Assembly (NCBI GenBank): GCA_017621705.1
Contig: JAGASR010000028.1
Span: 21,558-85,557, forward strand
Length of the DNA stretch: 64,000 nt
Reading direction: 5' to 3'
From: Clostridia bacterium
GTDB taxonomy: Bacteria; Bacillota; Clostridia; Oscillospirales; UBA644
The notes below the pieces were generated by a model, which made no database searches, was not told where the DNA came from, and saw only the letters and a list, made by a program, of their open reading frames with translations. A program made the position numbers and the translations under genes. Below are positions 50,775-61,163 of this stretch, piece after piece (position 1 is the stretch's first letter; the number at the start of each line of letters is the position of its first letter).

Positions 50775-51170
50775 TTATTTGTCTTTTGAAGCATTCAGTT
50801 TTTCACTGATAAATGATTCGAGCTCTTTAAGATCGGCATCGGAAAGAGCGTTGCCGTCATAAAGAGATGCAACGAAACTTTTTACAGAATTACCGTTGAC
50901 TCTTTCGAGGAAAGATCTGTTTGCACGGGTGCGGTATTCATCATGTTTAATAAGCGCGGAAAAATAACGCTTATTATCCTTTTTCTCAGCAGAAACAAAA
51001 CCTCGTTCGATCAATCTGTTGAGCAAAGTCTGCAGTGCGGATAAGTTCCAGGTGCGCTGTTTATCAAGCTCACGCTTGATCTGACCTGTTGAAACAGGAT
51101 TTGGCAAAGCCCATACGGCGTCCATGACCTCAAGTTCGGTATCGGGCAAAGTATCGTGCGGTTTTTTCAT
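50775..51170 (-). CDS. BlaI/MecI/CopY-family repressor
   Basis: ELEVMDAVW, TLLNRLIERGFV, FVASL, LSDADLKEL. Confidence 0.92.
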   Translation of the reverse strand: MKKPHDTLPDTELEVMDAVWALPNPVSTGQIKRELDKQRTWNLSALQTLLNRLIERGFVSAEKKDNKRYFSALIKHDEYRTRANRSFLERVNGNSVKSFVASLYDGNALSDADLKELESFISEKLNASKDK

Positions 51171-51192
51171 AAAAAATCACTCCTTTTTTTAT

Positions 51193-51221
51193 AGTATAAC
51201 ATACACGCGTATGTTTGTCAA
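51193..51221 (-). promoter_or_regulatory. blaI promoter with palindromic operator
   Basis: TTGACA-17 nt-TATACT; spacer filled by AACATACACGCGTATGTT (51198-51215, one mismatched pair). Confidence 0.75.
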
Positions 51222-51337
51222 GGGGTTAAAAAAAAAATTTTTCGTCAAAGCACACAAACTTGTGACGAAAATATTGACAAAATGATAATAATAATATATA
51301 ATGAAGATGATAATAAAAATATATGGAGGTTTTCCGC

Positions 51338-52762
51338 ATGAAAAAACTATCACTATTACTCGCATTATTAATGTTTTTCACATTATTTGTTTCTTGTGCA
51401 TCAACACAGCAGGAAGAAGTTTTTGACGCAGAATTGGACACATCACATTCAATCGACTGGAGCGGAAAAGAATTTTTCATTCTTCAGACTTCCGCAATAG
51501 ACGAAACCCCTCTTTACTACATCAGAGATACCATTCTTGCAGACAATGCGATGCAGAGACTTAAAGATGTTGCGGCAAAGCACAACTGCGAGATATCTTT
51601 GAAATATATCGGTGTTGACAACACATTCAAGACCCTTATGGCGGCAACCCTTTCTTCGGGTGATGCTCTCGGTGATATAGTATTTACCGACCCGTATCAG
51701 ATCCGTGAATTCGGGAACCTCGGAGGACTTGTAAATATTGAACACGTTCTCGATTATATTGATATTTACGATGAAACCAAATGGGGCGCTCCGAACGTAT
51801 GGGAATTCCTTATGTGTAAAGGTGTTATGTGCGGCGTTGTTCCCGTATCGTGGATGCAGATGGAACCAGCAATCTTTTACCCGATCATTTTCAATCAGAA
51901 TCTGACGAGCTCTTTCGGTGTTCCCGATCTTCGTGAATATTACGAAAACGGCGAATGGACCCGTGAAAAGATGATGGATACCGTCGTTACATGCACAGAT
52001 AATACGCTTGCTACCCCGATCAAAGGTATGGCGGCTTGTCTTAAGCACTTCATCCGTTCAGCCCTTCTCAATAACGGCACAACCTTTGCAGAATTTAACG
52101 ATGATGTTTCCGAATACCACTGCGGCTGGGACAGCGAAGCAGGTATCGAAGCGCTTGAATGGGTAAAGAGCATTATCGATAATTACGAAGAATATATGTA
52201 TGAGTTTTCCAACTCCAGTTACGGTGACTGGAACTACACAAATCCGTTCATGAATAACGAAGCTACGCTGCTTCTGACTAAATCCGCTGAAATTTACGAT
52301 AAGATCGCTTACGAAGTTGATAATTTCGGCATTCTCCCATTTCCCGCAGGTCCGTACGGCGATCCGAGCAAATACGTAGGCTTCTACGAAAAAGCTCAGA
52401 CTCTTTCCATTCCTCTTTACGCAAAAGAAGTTGAATGTTCCGCTATTCTTATTGATGAGATCTTCTCTCCGCTCGAAGAATACCCCGATAAGAAATCGAT
52501 GGAAGACTATTATAATTCCAACGTATTCAGTGACAGCAGAGACTATAATATTTTCATCGAAATGAGCAAGAACTGCAAATACAGTTTTTGGCCCGACGGT
52601 GGCGATACTTTCCTTAATAACATCTACACAAGCCTTCCCAGAGCTACCCCGACGAAGATAATCGAATCGTACGGTACATCGAGTGACGAATGTATTATAG
52701 AACAAATGATACCCTCGATCCTCACGATCAGAAGACTTACGGGCGACGACACTTACAAATAA
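51338..52762 (+). CDS. Extracellular solute-binding lipoprotein (dispersed ninth paralog)
   Basis: FVSC lipobox; ETKWG, DLREYYENGEWT, FGILPFPAGP, FSDSRD. Confidence 0.75.
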   Translation: MKKLSLLLALLMFFTLFVSCASTQQEEVFDAELDTSHSIDWSGKEFFILQTSAIDETPLYYIRDTILADNAMQRLKDVAAKHNCEISLKYIGVDNTFKTLMAATLSSGDALGDIVFTDPYQIREFGNLGGLVNIEHVLDYIDIYDETKWGAPNVWEFLMCKGVMCGVVPVSWMQMEPAIFYPIIFNQNLTSSFGVPDLREYYENGEWTREKMMDTVVTCTDNTLATPIKGMAACLKHFIRSALLNNGTTFAEFNDDVSEYHCGWDSEAGIEALEWVKSIIDNYEEYMYEFSNSSYGDWNYTNPFMNNEATLLLTKSAEIYDKIAYEVDNFGILPFPAGPYGDPSKYVGFYEKAQTLSIPLYAKEVECSAILIDEIFSPLEEYPDKKSMEDYYNSNVFSDSRDYNIFIEMSKNCKYSFWPDGGDTFLNNIYTSLPRATPTKIIESYGTSSDECIIEQMIPSILTIRRLTGDDTYK

Positions 52763-52787
52763 AAAAACAAAGAAATCAAGGTAAATT

Positions 52788-53309
52788 ATGATACAAAACG
52801 AACAGCAAACAAAAATGATGATCCTCTACTCCCTTTGGTCTGCGGGATGCCCGATGCCCACTGTAACGCTCAGCCAGATATTGGGTGAATTCGGTATCGG
52901 CGCGATCGGAACAACGGGCGAAATTTACGATCTTGCCGAAAAGAAGCATATCACGGTAATAGATGACGATGATGTTGAATATATCGTTCTTCAAAAAACC
53001 GGTCAGGAGATCGCAACAACTCTCGGCAGAGACCTTTCGCCTTCCGTAAGAGAAAAGCTCATGCTTACGACCGCAAGGGAAGTGGCAAAATTAAGAAAAG
53101 ATCTCGGTGTTGCGGCATCGTACGAAGGAAAAGAAAGCGGCGGATACGAAGTATACGTTTCGTTAAGCGACGAAGGTTCCGCGCTGATGGATCTTAAAAT
53201 GTTTGCGCCGACAAGAGCGCAGGCAGATATTATGATCGCAAATTTCAAGGACGATCCGTATAAAGTCTACCGCGAGGTTCTTGCGAGCATGACGAAATCG
53301 AGACGGTAA
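52788..53309 (+). CDS. DUF4364-like protein
   Basis: Winged-helix-like N-terminus; LMDLKMFAPTRAQA..NFKDDPYKVY. Confidence 0.6.
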   Translation: MIQNEQQTKMMILYSLWSAGCPMPTVTLSQILGEFGIGAIGTTGEIYDLAEKKHITVIDDDDVEYIVLQKTGQEIATTLGRDLSPSVREKLMLTTAREVAKLRKDLGVAASYEGKESGGYEVYVSLSDEGSALMDLKMFAPTRAQADIMIANFKDDPYKVYREVLASMTKSRR

Positions 53310-53322
53310 GAAAGGAAATAAA

Positions 53323-54081
53323 ATGCTTCCGAAAGATATTCAGTTTCATATAAAATGCAAGCCCGGAGATATAGGACGTTACGTTATTTTAACGGGTGAT
53401 CCGAAGCGTGTCGAAAAGATCGCGAAATATCTCGATGATGCGTACCTTATCGCAGATAACAGAGAATATGTTATCTATACAGGTTCTATATGCGGAGAGA
53501 AAGTCTCTGTTTGTTCAACGGGTATAGGCGGACCTTCCGCAGCGATTGCTGTTGAAGAACTGCACGCATGCGGTGCAGAGTATATGATAAGAGTCGGAAC
53601 TTGCGGAGGTATTGCTGAAAAAGTTATCGGTGGGGACGTAATAATCCCCACCGCAGCTATAAGACAAGAAGGAACAACGCTTCAATATGTTCCGTCGGAA
53701 TACCCTGCCGTTGCTGATTTCTCTGTTGTTTCAGCATTAAAAAAAGCGGCTGACGGGCTCAATGCGACTTCACACCTGGGCGTCGTTCAATCAAAAGATT
53801 CATTTTACGGTCAACATTCACCCGAGACAATGCCTGTATTTTTCGAGCTCGATCAGAAATGGCAAGCATGGAAAAAGGCGGGAGTTCTTGCAAGTGAAAT
53901 GGAATGTTCGACGGTATTCGTCGTCGGAAACGTAAGAGGCATAAAGACGGGATCCGTACTACTTGCAATCTGGAATCAGGAAAGAGAAAAAGCAGGTCTT
54001 TCAAACCCGTCTACGGAAGACACAGATCTTGCGATCAGAATCGCCGTCAAAGCAATAGAAAATTTAATTAAAGAGCTTTAA
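53323..54081 (+). CDS. udp: Uridine phosphorylase
   Basis: GDPKRV, NREY, STGIGGPS, RVGTCGG, KDSFYGQH, SEME. Confidence 0.92.
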   Translation: MLPKDIQFHIKCKPGDIGRYVILTGDPKRVEKIAKYLDDAYLIADNREYVIYTGSICGEKVSVCSTGIGGPSAAIAVEELHACGAEYMIRVGTCGGIAEKVIGGDVIIPTAAIRQEGTTLQYVPSEYPAVADFSVVSALKKAADGLNATSHLGVVQSKDSFYGQHSPETMPVFFELDQKWQAWKKAGVLASEMECSTVFVVGNVRGIKTGSVLLAIWNQEREKAGLSNPSTEDTDLAIRIAVKAIENLIKEL

Positions 54082-54633
54082 ATCTTGGGAAAAATCTATA
54101 CAGCGCGCAGATTACGATAACGCAGATAATCGTATCTGGAATCATAAATGCGCCGTTATAGGCTATAGCCCATGTCAGCGGAGAAAATCCTTCAGCAGCC
54201 CACGACCCGAAGAAAAGCAGACCTGAAAGGAAATGGCAGAAATAACGTAAAAGACCGGAAACGATAGTGCCGATAATTACGTTTCTGAGTGATTTTGTTC
54301 CGAAAAATCCGCAAACGCAAATAACGGAAAATGCAAGGATATAGTCTATAAAAATACAGCCGACAAATACGCCGGGGGTAAGCCCCCACGATGCGACTGC
54401 GGAAATACCGAGCAAAAGCTGGATAAAAGAATAACCGATCGAGACAGGAATCCCCCATCTTACCCCGTACAAAAAAGAAATGAGCATTATCGGAACCATG
54501 CTTCCGACTGTTATCGAGCCATCCAACGGCGCCCTGATAGTAGGGAAAATACTTAAAACAGTGGCAAGGGCAAGCATGACTGCGCAGATAGCAAACGCTT
54601 GACAGATTGGTTTCTGTTGATTTTGTTTTCCAT
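54068..54633 (-). pseudogene. thiT: Energy-coupled thiamine transporter ThiT with apparent 1-nt deletion near codon 14
   Basis: GSITVGSMVPI, DYILAF, RYFCHFLSG, YNGAFM; TPP riboswitch upstream; RBS-ATG at 54633 is out of frame with the 54577 ORF. Confidence 0.7.
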
Positions 54634-54677
54634 GAAGAAAACACTCCTTTTATTGATATAAAATCAATTATAAAAGC

Positions 54678-54711
54678 AAAAAAGGTCCGCAGTAACAATA
54701 CTGCGAACCTG
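54678..54711 (-). terminator. TPP riboswitch terminator
   Basis: AGGTTCGCAGTA...TACTGCGGACCT-TTTTT. Confidence 0.8.
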
Positions 54712-54725
54712 AAACGATCGGTTGT

Positions 54726-54808
54726 TTGCTTTTCCTACGGAGGTATTAACCTCGTCAGGTTCAATGGGTGTTTCTCAACCTTCCATTTCGGAAGGTACCC
54801 CAAAGCAA
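54726..54808 (-). ncRNA. TPP riboswitch
   Basis: GGGGTACC...GGTTGAGA..ACCC.TTGAACCTGA.GAGGTTAATACCTCCGTAGGAA; TTGACA-17 nt-TATACT promoter upstream. Confidence 0.93.
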
Positions 54809-54890
54809 TATTGATTTTGAGTGAAAGTATATCACAAAATATTCACTTTGTCAATACCAAATACAACGTAAAAAGCGAGGAAATCAAAAA

Positions 54891-55550
54891 ATGATATGCA
54901 AAAAATGCGGTGCGGAAATCACAGAAAACGTTAAATTTTGCACCAACTGCGGAGCGAATATAACCGAAGAAATTCAGACCGATACAGAAGAAAAAGTAAA
55001 GACTTACTGTAAAAAATGTAATGCTCCTATTTTAGAGGGAATGGAAGCATGTCCTATTTGTCTGACACCTGTTAAAGAAAATATTCCTCAGTCACCTAAT
55101 CCGAACAGACCTATGATACAGCCTAATTCAGCCCAAAGAACATTTTCTGTAAAACCCGGTAAAGGCGGCGGATGGATAGTATTTGCAAAAATCTTGCTCT
55201 GGTTATTGTTTGCCGGTATTATTCTTATCGGGATTTCAAGCGGTATTATGCTTATTTCCACGGGACTTTCAAGTACCGGATCTGTTAATGTCCCTGAAGA
55301 GTATTATTACTACTACGGTGCAATGAGAGTTGAACCGATGCTTGCGGTAGTTTCGGGAATTGCAGTAATCATAGTTAGCATTATTCTTGCATTTGTAACG
55401 GTTTGTACGGGTTTTCTTGCGATCGATGCATGTCTTAACCTTAAAAACATGAACGATAACCTTTCAGAGCTTATCAAAATAAGCGCAGAAACAGGAAATA
55501 CATCCGAAAAGATAAATGTCGCAGTCCTTGAAATAATGAAAAAGAAATAA
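54891..55550 (+). CDS. Double zinc-ribbon membrane protein
   Basis: CKKCG..FCTNCG, CKKC..CPIC, two TM helices. Confidence 0.7.
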   Translation: MICKKCGAEITENVKFCTNCGANITEEIQTDTEEKVKTYCKKCNAPILEGMEACPICLTPVKENIPQSPNPNRPMIQPNSAQRTFSVKPGKGGGWIVFAKILLWLLFAGIILIGISSGIMLISTGLSSTGSVNVPEEYYYYYGAMRVEPMLAVVSGIAVIIVSIILAFVTVCTGFLAIDACLNLKNMNDNLSELIKISAETGNTSEKINVAVLEIMKKK

Positions 55551-55582
55551 AATATGCCCGTGTGAGTGATCACACGGGTTTT

Positions 55583-56236
55583 TCATGTCATTGATTTTCT
55601 CAAAGTTTCAAGCGCTTTTTTCTCAAGTCTTGAAACATACGATCTGGATATTCCGAGTCTGTCGGCTGTCTCTTTTTGGGTCAATGCGGGCTCGGATAAA
55701 CCGTAACGTAAAAGAATGATAGAACGCTCTCGTTCGTCAAGAAGAGATATTGCCTTTGCTAGTTTTTCGGTCTGCATTTTACCGTAAATTTGCTCGACGA
55801 TATTATCATCCTCGCTGATTATATCCATAAAAGAAAGCGGATTTCCGTCTTTATCGCAGTCTATCTCGTCATTTATGGAAATATCGTTCGCGGTTTTCTT
55901 TTTTGATCTGAAAAACATCAGAATTTCATTTTCGATACACCGCGCAGCATACGTCGCAAGCTTTGTCGATTTATCGGGATTAAAGCTATCGACAGCCTTT
56001 ATAAGACCGAGCGAACCGATAGAAATGAGATCATCGGGATCGTCGGACGACTGATAATATTTTTTAACAATGTGCGCAACGAGACGCATATTACACTCAA
56101 TAAGTTTTGCACGAGCAGATTTATCGCCCTTTTTCATATGCTCGAAACATTCACGCTCTTCTGCGGCAGATAGCGGTTTCGGAAATGAACCTGCGGCTGA
56201 TACATGAAGAATAAGAAAAAACAGATTAAAAAACAT
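55583..56236 (-). CDS. sigK: Sporulation sigma factor K (uninterrupted)
   Basis: SFPKPLS, NMRLVAHIVKKY, LATYAARCIENEILM, ISRSYVSRLEK. Confidence 0.85.
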   Translation of the reverse strand: MFFNLFFLILHVSAAGSFPKPLSAAEERECFEHMKKGDKSARAKLIECNMRLVAHIVKKYYQSSDDPDDLISIGSLGLIKAVDSFNPDKSTKLATYAARCIENEILMFFRSKKKTANDISINDEIDCDKDGNPLSFMDIISEDDNIVEQIYGKMQTEKLAKAISLLDERERSIILLRYGLSEPALTQKETADRLGISRSYVSRLEKKALETLRKSMT

Positions 56237-56356
56237 AAAGCACCCCCTGTTCGGTGCTTTATTATATGTTTGAAAATACAACGAAAGACCGCGAATGCTT
56301 GTCAAAAAAACAGAAAAACAGCCCTGCCTGAGCAGAGCTGTTTTTTAACGGAGATA

Positions 56357-57451
56357 TTAGTCCTGATATTCGTTTTTATCGACAGATCTGAAATGTTTGA
56401 TCTGTTTTGCGTCGTCGATCATTTTGATAACTTCGAGAGCCTGATCGAGGGAGATGGGATAAGGAATGCCGTTTACGAGATCATCGTAAAGGGTATCCCA
56501 GGGAAGAGTGATCTCTTTATTCGGGGGAGCAACAACTTCTTCTTCGATCCATCTGATTTCTTCTGCGGATTCGAAAGTTCCGCTTGCGCCGAAGCTGGTA
56601 GCGCCGGGGGTTCTGGGGTCAGCTTCGATTCTGTTGAATTTCTGAGCGGGATCAACATATCTGAGTTTTGCAGTAACCCCGTCAATAATAGCGGAACCGC
56701 GGGTACCGTAGATAACGTATTCGGGAACGTGGCAAGCAACGCCGCTGTTGATTTCCATATCAATAATACGGCCGTTTTCGCCTTCGAAGATCATCTTGAT
56801 AGCGTCTTCGCAGTCACCTGCAGCGGTAACACAGTCAAGGTGAGAGAACATACGTTTAACAGGGCTATCGAGAAGACGGAGAGAATGGTCAACGATATGG
56901 GGACCCCAGTTAAGGATCATACCGCCGCCGAATTCGTTAAGAGTCTGCCAGTCGTTACGACGGCCGAAACTGTTACGTGCAAGTCTGATCTCATGAACAA
57001 AACCGAGGATACCGGAGTCAATAAGCTTTCTTACGTATTCATAACCACGTTCAAAACGGCGGTTGTGACGGACGAAAAGTCTGCCGTATTTGCCGCTGTC
57101 GCTGATCTCTTTAAGTTCAGCAGCCTGAGCGTAAGTGCAGGACATGGGTTTTTCGATAAGAACATGTTTACCTGCAAGAAGAGCCATTTTTGCATGAGCA
57201 TAATGGTCAACGGAACGGGTAGCGATATCTACTATTTCAACATCGGGATCAGCGATAAGATCTTCAATCTTGGTGTAGCATTTACAACCGGGGAAACGTT
57301 CTTTGATAAGTTCAAGACGTTCGGGGATTATATCGCAGCCTGCAACGTAGGTAAATTTATCGGGAACATCCATAAGTTCGCCCATATGCATGCCTTTACC
57401 TGCGCGGCCAATACCGACAAGACCGAGGCGGATTATTCTTTTATTTTCCAT
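56357..57451 (-). CDS. Gfo/Idh/MocA-family oxidoreductase
   Basis: GLVGIGRAG, HVLIEKP, HNRRF, GGMILNWGPH. Confidence 0.9.
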   Translation of the reverse strand: MENKRIIRLGLVGIGRAGKGMHMGELMDVPDKFTYVAGCDIIPERLELIKERFPGCKCYTKIEDLIADPDVEIVDIATRSVDHYAHAKMALLAGKHVLIEKPMSCTYAQAAELKEISDSGKYGRLFVRHNRRFERGYEYVRKLIDSGILGFVHEIRLARNSFGRRNDWQTLNEFGGGMILNWGPHIVDHSLRLLDSPVKRMFSHLDCVTAAGDCEDAIKMIFEGENGRIIDMEINSGVACHVPEYVIYGTRGSAIIDGVTAKLRYVDPAQKFNRIEADPRTPGATSFGASGTFESAEEIRWIEEEVVAPPNKEITLPWDTLYDDLVNGIPYPISLDQALEVIKMIDDAKQIKHFRSVDKNEYQD

Positions 57452-57579
57452 AGTAAAACTCCTCTCTGTTATTAACAGAAATAAATTTTTATTAATTTTA
57501 ACATACAAGAACTACAAAGTCAAGAGGTTTCACAAAAAAAATCGGTGCTGAAAAACAGCACCGTTATTATTTCGGACCA

Positions 57580-58602
57580 TCAGCCCCAGAGTTTTTTATT
57601 CGGGGAGTTTGCTTTGATAGCAGAAAGATCGCCGACAAGTTCAAACGCCGCACCTGTTCCTTTTGCAACACAGGAAACAGCATCGTCCGCAACGTAAACA
57701 CGGATACCGACATACTCTGCAATCATCTTATCAAAGCCATAGATAAGGCTTCCGCCGCCGGTCATAATGATACCGTCAAGAGAAATATCACCGATAAGTT
57801 CGGGCGGAGTACGGGAAAGAACATCATGAGTCGCTTCCGCAACAGTTCTACCCGGTTCGAGATACGCTTCCATGGTATCTTCGGAAGTGATTGTAAATTC
57901 ACGGGGAAGACCTGAAGTAAGGTCTCTGCCTCGAACGGTCATCGAAAGCTTTTCGGGACGGGGGGAAAGACAGCCGATACGCATTTTAATATCTTCTGCA
58001 GTTCTTTCGCCGATGAGAATACCCCATTCTTTTCTGATAAACTTAACGAGAGCTTCGTCAAATCTGTCGCCTGCTACCTTAACGCTTTCGGAAACGACAA
58101 CGTCACCTAAAGAAATAACGGCAATATCCGCTGTTCCGCCGCCGATATCGATAACCATTACACCTCTGGGTTTGGAAATATCTATACCTGCGCCGATTGC
58201 GGCAGCCATAGGTTCTTCGATAAGTTCGACAGTCTTTGCGCCAGCATTGAGAGCAGCGTCTCTTACTGCACGTTCTTCAACTTCGTTAATTCTTGAAGGG
58301 ATACAAACGACGATATTCGGACGGAAGATAGAATGTCCGTTAACACGCTTAATAAAATATTTAAGCATACGTTCGGTCGTTTCGTAATCGGATATAACGC
58401 CGTCACGCAAAGGACGGATGGCGAGGATATTGCCGGGAGTTCTGCCGAGCATTTCCTGCGCTTCTACGCCGACTTTGAGTATTTTTCCCGTTGTTCTGTC
58501 AATAGCGACAACGGAGGGTTCGCGTAAAACGATCCCCTTACCTCTGACATAGATCAGAACAGAGGCAGTTCCAAGGTCTATACCTATATTTTTTTCAAAC
58601 AT
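57580..58602 (-). CDS. mreB: Rod shape-determining actin-like protein (MreB/Mbl)
   Basis: GIDLGTA, RPLRDGVISD, EEPMAAAIGAG, DIGGGT, TGGGSL; no mreC downstream so may be mbl. Confidence 0.88.
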   Translation of the reverse strand: MFEKNIGIDLGTASVLIYVRGKGIVLREPSVVAIDRTTGKILKVGVEAQEMLGRTPGNILAIRPLRDGVISDYETTERMLKYFIKRVNGHSIFRPNIVVCIPSRINEVEERAVRDAALNAGAKTVELIEEPMAAAIGAGIDISKPRGVMVIDIGGGTADIAVISLGDVVVSESVKVAGDRFDEALVKFIRKEWGILIGERTAEDIKMRIGCLSPRPEKLSMTVRGRDLTSGLPREFTITSEDTMEAYLEPGRTVAEATHDVLSRTPPELIGDISLDGIIMTGGGSLIYGFDKMIAEYVGIRVYVADDAVSCVAKGTGAAFELVGDLSAIKANSPNKKLWG

Positions 58603-58614
58603 CTTTTTATTCCT

Positions 58615-59208
58615 TTATGAGTTTGTTTCGGGTTCGGAAGAAAGCTCCTCCGATACGAGTGTTGTGTTGGTTTGTTTGGTTGTTGTGGGTAAAAGATAAT
58701 CTTTCATGTGTTTGACAAGACATGCTGCGACACATGCAGATGCCGCATAGTCAAAATAAAAATCAAAAAGAAACGTGCCCAGCCATCCGACAAAAATAAT
58801 TGCGAAAATTGTCATATCTTCAATGACGCTGTCCATGAGTATTTTCGGTTCGTAAATATCGGTAATTTCGTCGGAATACAGGTCTTCACGTGCAAACATC
58901 ATCATGGCAATAAGCACGATAAAAGTTATTGCGAGAGGGATCGCAACCCAGGTCTCGGGACGGACCGTTGCATAATCAAGCTCTGAAACAAACATGAAAA
59001 ACGAATAGTATATCAAATAAACACAAATGATTGCAAAAACAATGCAAACCATTGCTTTTATCGGTTTTTTTGAAGTTGAAGATGCCGACTGAATACCTTT
59101 GAAAAGCATCAGACAGCCCGAAACAACAAAAGCAAAACAAGATCCGAAGATACCGACAAGTATCTGAAGGATACCGAGAATAAGATGAATACAAATTTCT
59201 TTTTTCAT
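58615..59208 (-). CDS. Hypothetical multi-pass membrane protein
   Basis: About 5-6 hydrophobic segments; GAGAGG RBS before MKKEIC. Confidence 0.55.
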   Translation of the reverse strand: MKKEICIHLILGILQILVGIFGSCFAFVVSGCLMLFKGIQSASSTSKKPIKAMVCIVFAIICVYLIYYSFFMFVSELDYATVRPETWVAIPLAITFIVLIAMMMFAREDLYSDEITDIYEPKILMDSVIEDMTIFAIIFVGWLGTFLFDFYFDYAASACVAACLVKHMKDYLLPTTTKQTNTTLVSEELSSEPETNS

Positions 59209-59412
59209 AGTCTGATCCGAAAAATACCTCTCATTTTTATTTAAAATTCTACATATATCATTATACAACATAATCAACTTCTTGTCAAGCGGTAAATTTC
59301 TTAAATTTGCTACTTGACTAAATTATTAAAATATATTATAATATAATAAGATATTAAGTAGAATCCTGATGACAAACGATAAACAGTATAATAACCTAAG
59401 GAGACGAAAACA

Positions 59413-60834
59413 ATGTACTGTCAGCTAAAAAAACTGATCTGCTGTTTAATAATAACCATAATGATCTGCTCAATGATTCCGTTGCAGGTGTTTGCTGCGC
59501 CTGATGGAATAACGGGTGGAGCATACGTTGTAATGGATGCGGAAACAGGTCAGGTGCTGATCGAAAAAAATATGGATCAGCAGCTATATCCCGCAAGCAT
59601 AACGAAGATCATGACTATTCTTCTGGCGGTTGAAAACGCAAACCCCGAAACCGTCGTTACCGTATCCCCCGAAGCTACAATTCTTGATAAGGACAAGTAT
59701 TCGGACAGCATGCATATCGCTCTTACTTCCGGTGAAAACATCAGACTTGAAGACCTTATGTATGCAACAATGATCGAATCCGCGAACGATGCGGCAAACT
59801 GCGTTGCAGAGGCTGTTTCGGGAAATAACGAAGCATTCGCAAAGCTCATGAACGAAAGAGCCGTTCAGCTCGGTGCTAAAAACACTAATTTTACAAACCC
59901 ACACGGTCTTCCCGACGATAATCACGTCACAACCGCATATGACATGGCACAGATAACGAGATTTGCAATCACAAATGATGCATTTCTGAAGATCTTTTCT
60001 ACCGTTATATACGATATTCCCCCGGATAATAAAAAGACGGAAGTTCTCACTATCTCAAACAGATTTTCGATGATAAAAAAGAACGATCCTACTTACTACG
60101 AAGGCATAATCGGCGGTAAAACAGGTTATACTGTCCCTGCGGGATATACAGGCGTTGCAGTTGCTAAAAGAGGGGATAAAACTCTCGTAGCTGTTGTTAT
60201 GGGTTCAACTTCGGGTGCAAATCGTTTTGCAGATCTGAAAACGCTCCTCGACTACGGTTTCGACAATTTCGTTAAAACACCGATAACAACAACAGACGTT
60301 AAACCGACTGTTTCACAGGTCATAGAAAACGATAAGATAGTTGCTACTGTTGCTGTAAGTCCCAGTAACGATATGTATTATTTAAGACATTCATCTGTTT
60401 CAGAATCAGATGTTACATTTACTGTTGATATAAAAGATTCATACAGCTGGTATGATATCCAGCCTACTGTAACGGTATCGGTACCCGAAAATACATATAT
60501 GTATTCGCAGATCGGTTCTTTTGCTCTTACTCATACAGAAAAACAACTCACTAACCCCATTCCGGTACAGGGAAGCACTTCAACTTCAACAGAAAACGAA
60601 ACAGATAAAAAAGAAGAAGAGAAAACACCCGTTGAAAGAAAACCGTTATCTACGGGCCTTAAAGTATTTCTTATAATTCTTGCTGTCGTACTTATTCTTG
60701 TAGGCGGTCTTATTATTGTATTCTTTGTTTCCAATGCAAGAAGAAGAAAACGCGACAAACTCAGAAGACTCAAGAGACAAGAAATGTACGAAAAATCCAG
60801 AAGAGAAATGCTCGTTTCTCAAGGCAAACATTAA
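59413..60834 (+). CDS. dacA: D-alanyl-D-alanine carboxypeptidase (peptidase S11)
   Basis: PASITK (SxxK), SAN, NPHGL, KTG; C-terminal TM. Confidence 0.9.
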   Translation: MYCQLKKLICCLIITIMICSMIPLQVFAAPDGITGGAYVVMDAETGQVLIEKNMDQQLYPASITKIMTILLAVENANPETVVTVSPEATILDKDKYSDSMHIALTSGENIRLEDLMYATMIESANDAANCVAEAVSGNNEAFAKLMNERAVQLGAKNTNFTNPHGLPDDNHVTTAYDMAQITRFAITNDAFLKIFSTVIYDIPPDNKKTEVLTISNRFSMIKKNDPTYYEGIIGGKTGYTVPAGYTGVAVAKRGDKTLVAVVMGSTSGANRFADLKTLLDYGFDNFVKTPITTTDVKPTVSQVIENDKIVATVAVSPSNDMYYLRHSSVSESDVTFTVDIKDSYSWYDIQPTVTVSVPENTYMYSQIGSFALTHTEKQLTNPIPVQGSTSTSTENETDKKEEEKTPVERKPLSTGLKVFLIILAVVLILVGGLIIVFFVSNARRRKRDKLRRLKRQEMYEKSRREMLVSQGKH

Positions 60835-60872
60835 TAAAAAGAAAAAAATTTAGAGATAAGAAGGCTACTGCT

Positions 60873-61163
60873 ATGACAGACAAACTCAGAAACGAACAGA
60901 TGGATATGCTTATCCAGGCGATACTTTCACTCAAGACACCGGATGATTGTTACGCTTTTCTTGAAGACTTATGCACCGTATCCGAGCTTAAGAGCATGGA
61001 ACAGAGATTTACCGTTGCACGAATGCTCACGGACGGAATGCAGTATGCCGACATTGTCGGAAAAACAGGCGCATCCACAGCTACCATTTCGAGAGTAAAC
61101 AGAGCTCTTATGTACGGCGCCGATGGCTACCAGAAAGTTATTAAAAAAATCAAAGAGCAATAA
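60873..61163 (+). CDS. YerC/YecD TrpR-related protein
   Basis: FLEDLCTVSEL, TGASTATISRVNR.L.YG.DGY. Confidence 0.9.
   Translation: MTDKLRNEQMDMLIQAILSLKTPDDCYAFLEDLCTVSELKSMEQRFTVARMLTDGMQYADIVGKTGASTATISRVNRALMYGADGYQKVIKKIKEQ

Noticed and set aside
55583-56236. skin-like element interrupting sigK
   Set aside because: The ORF is continuous from region 1.2 to region 4 with no recombinase
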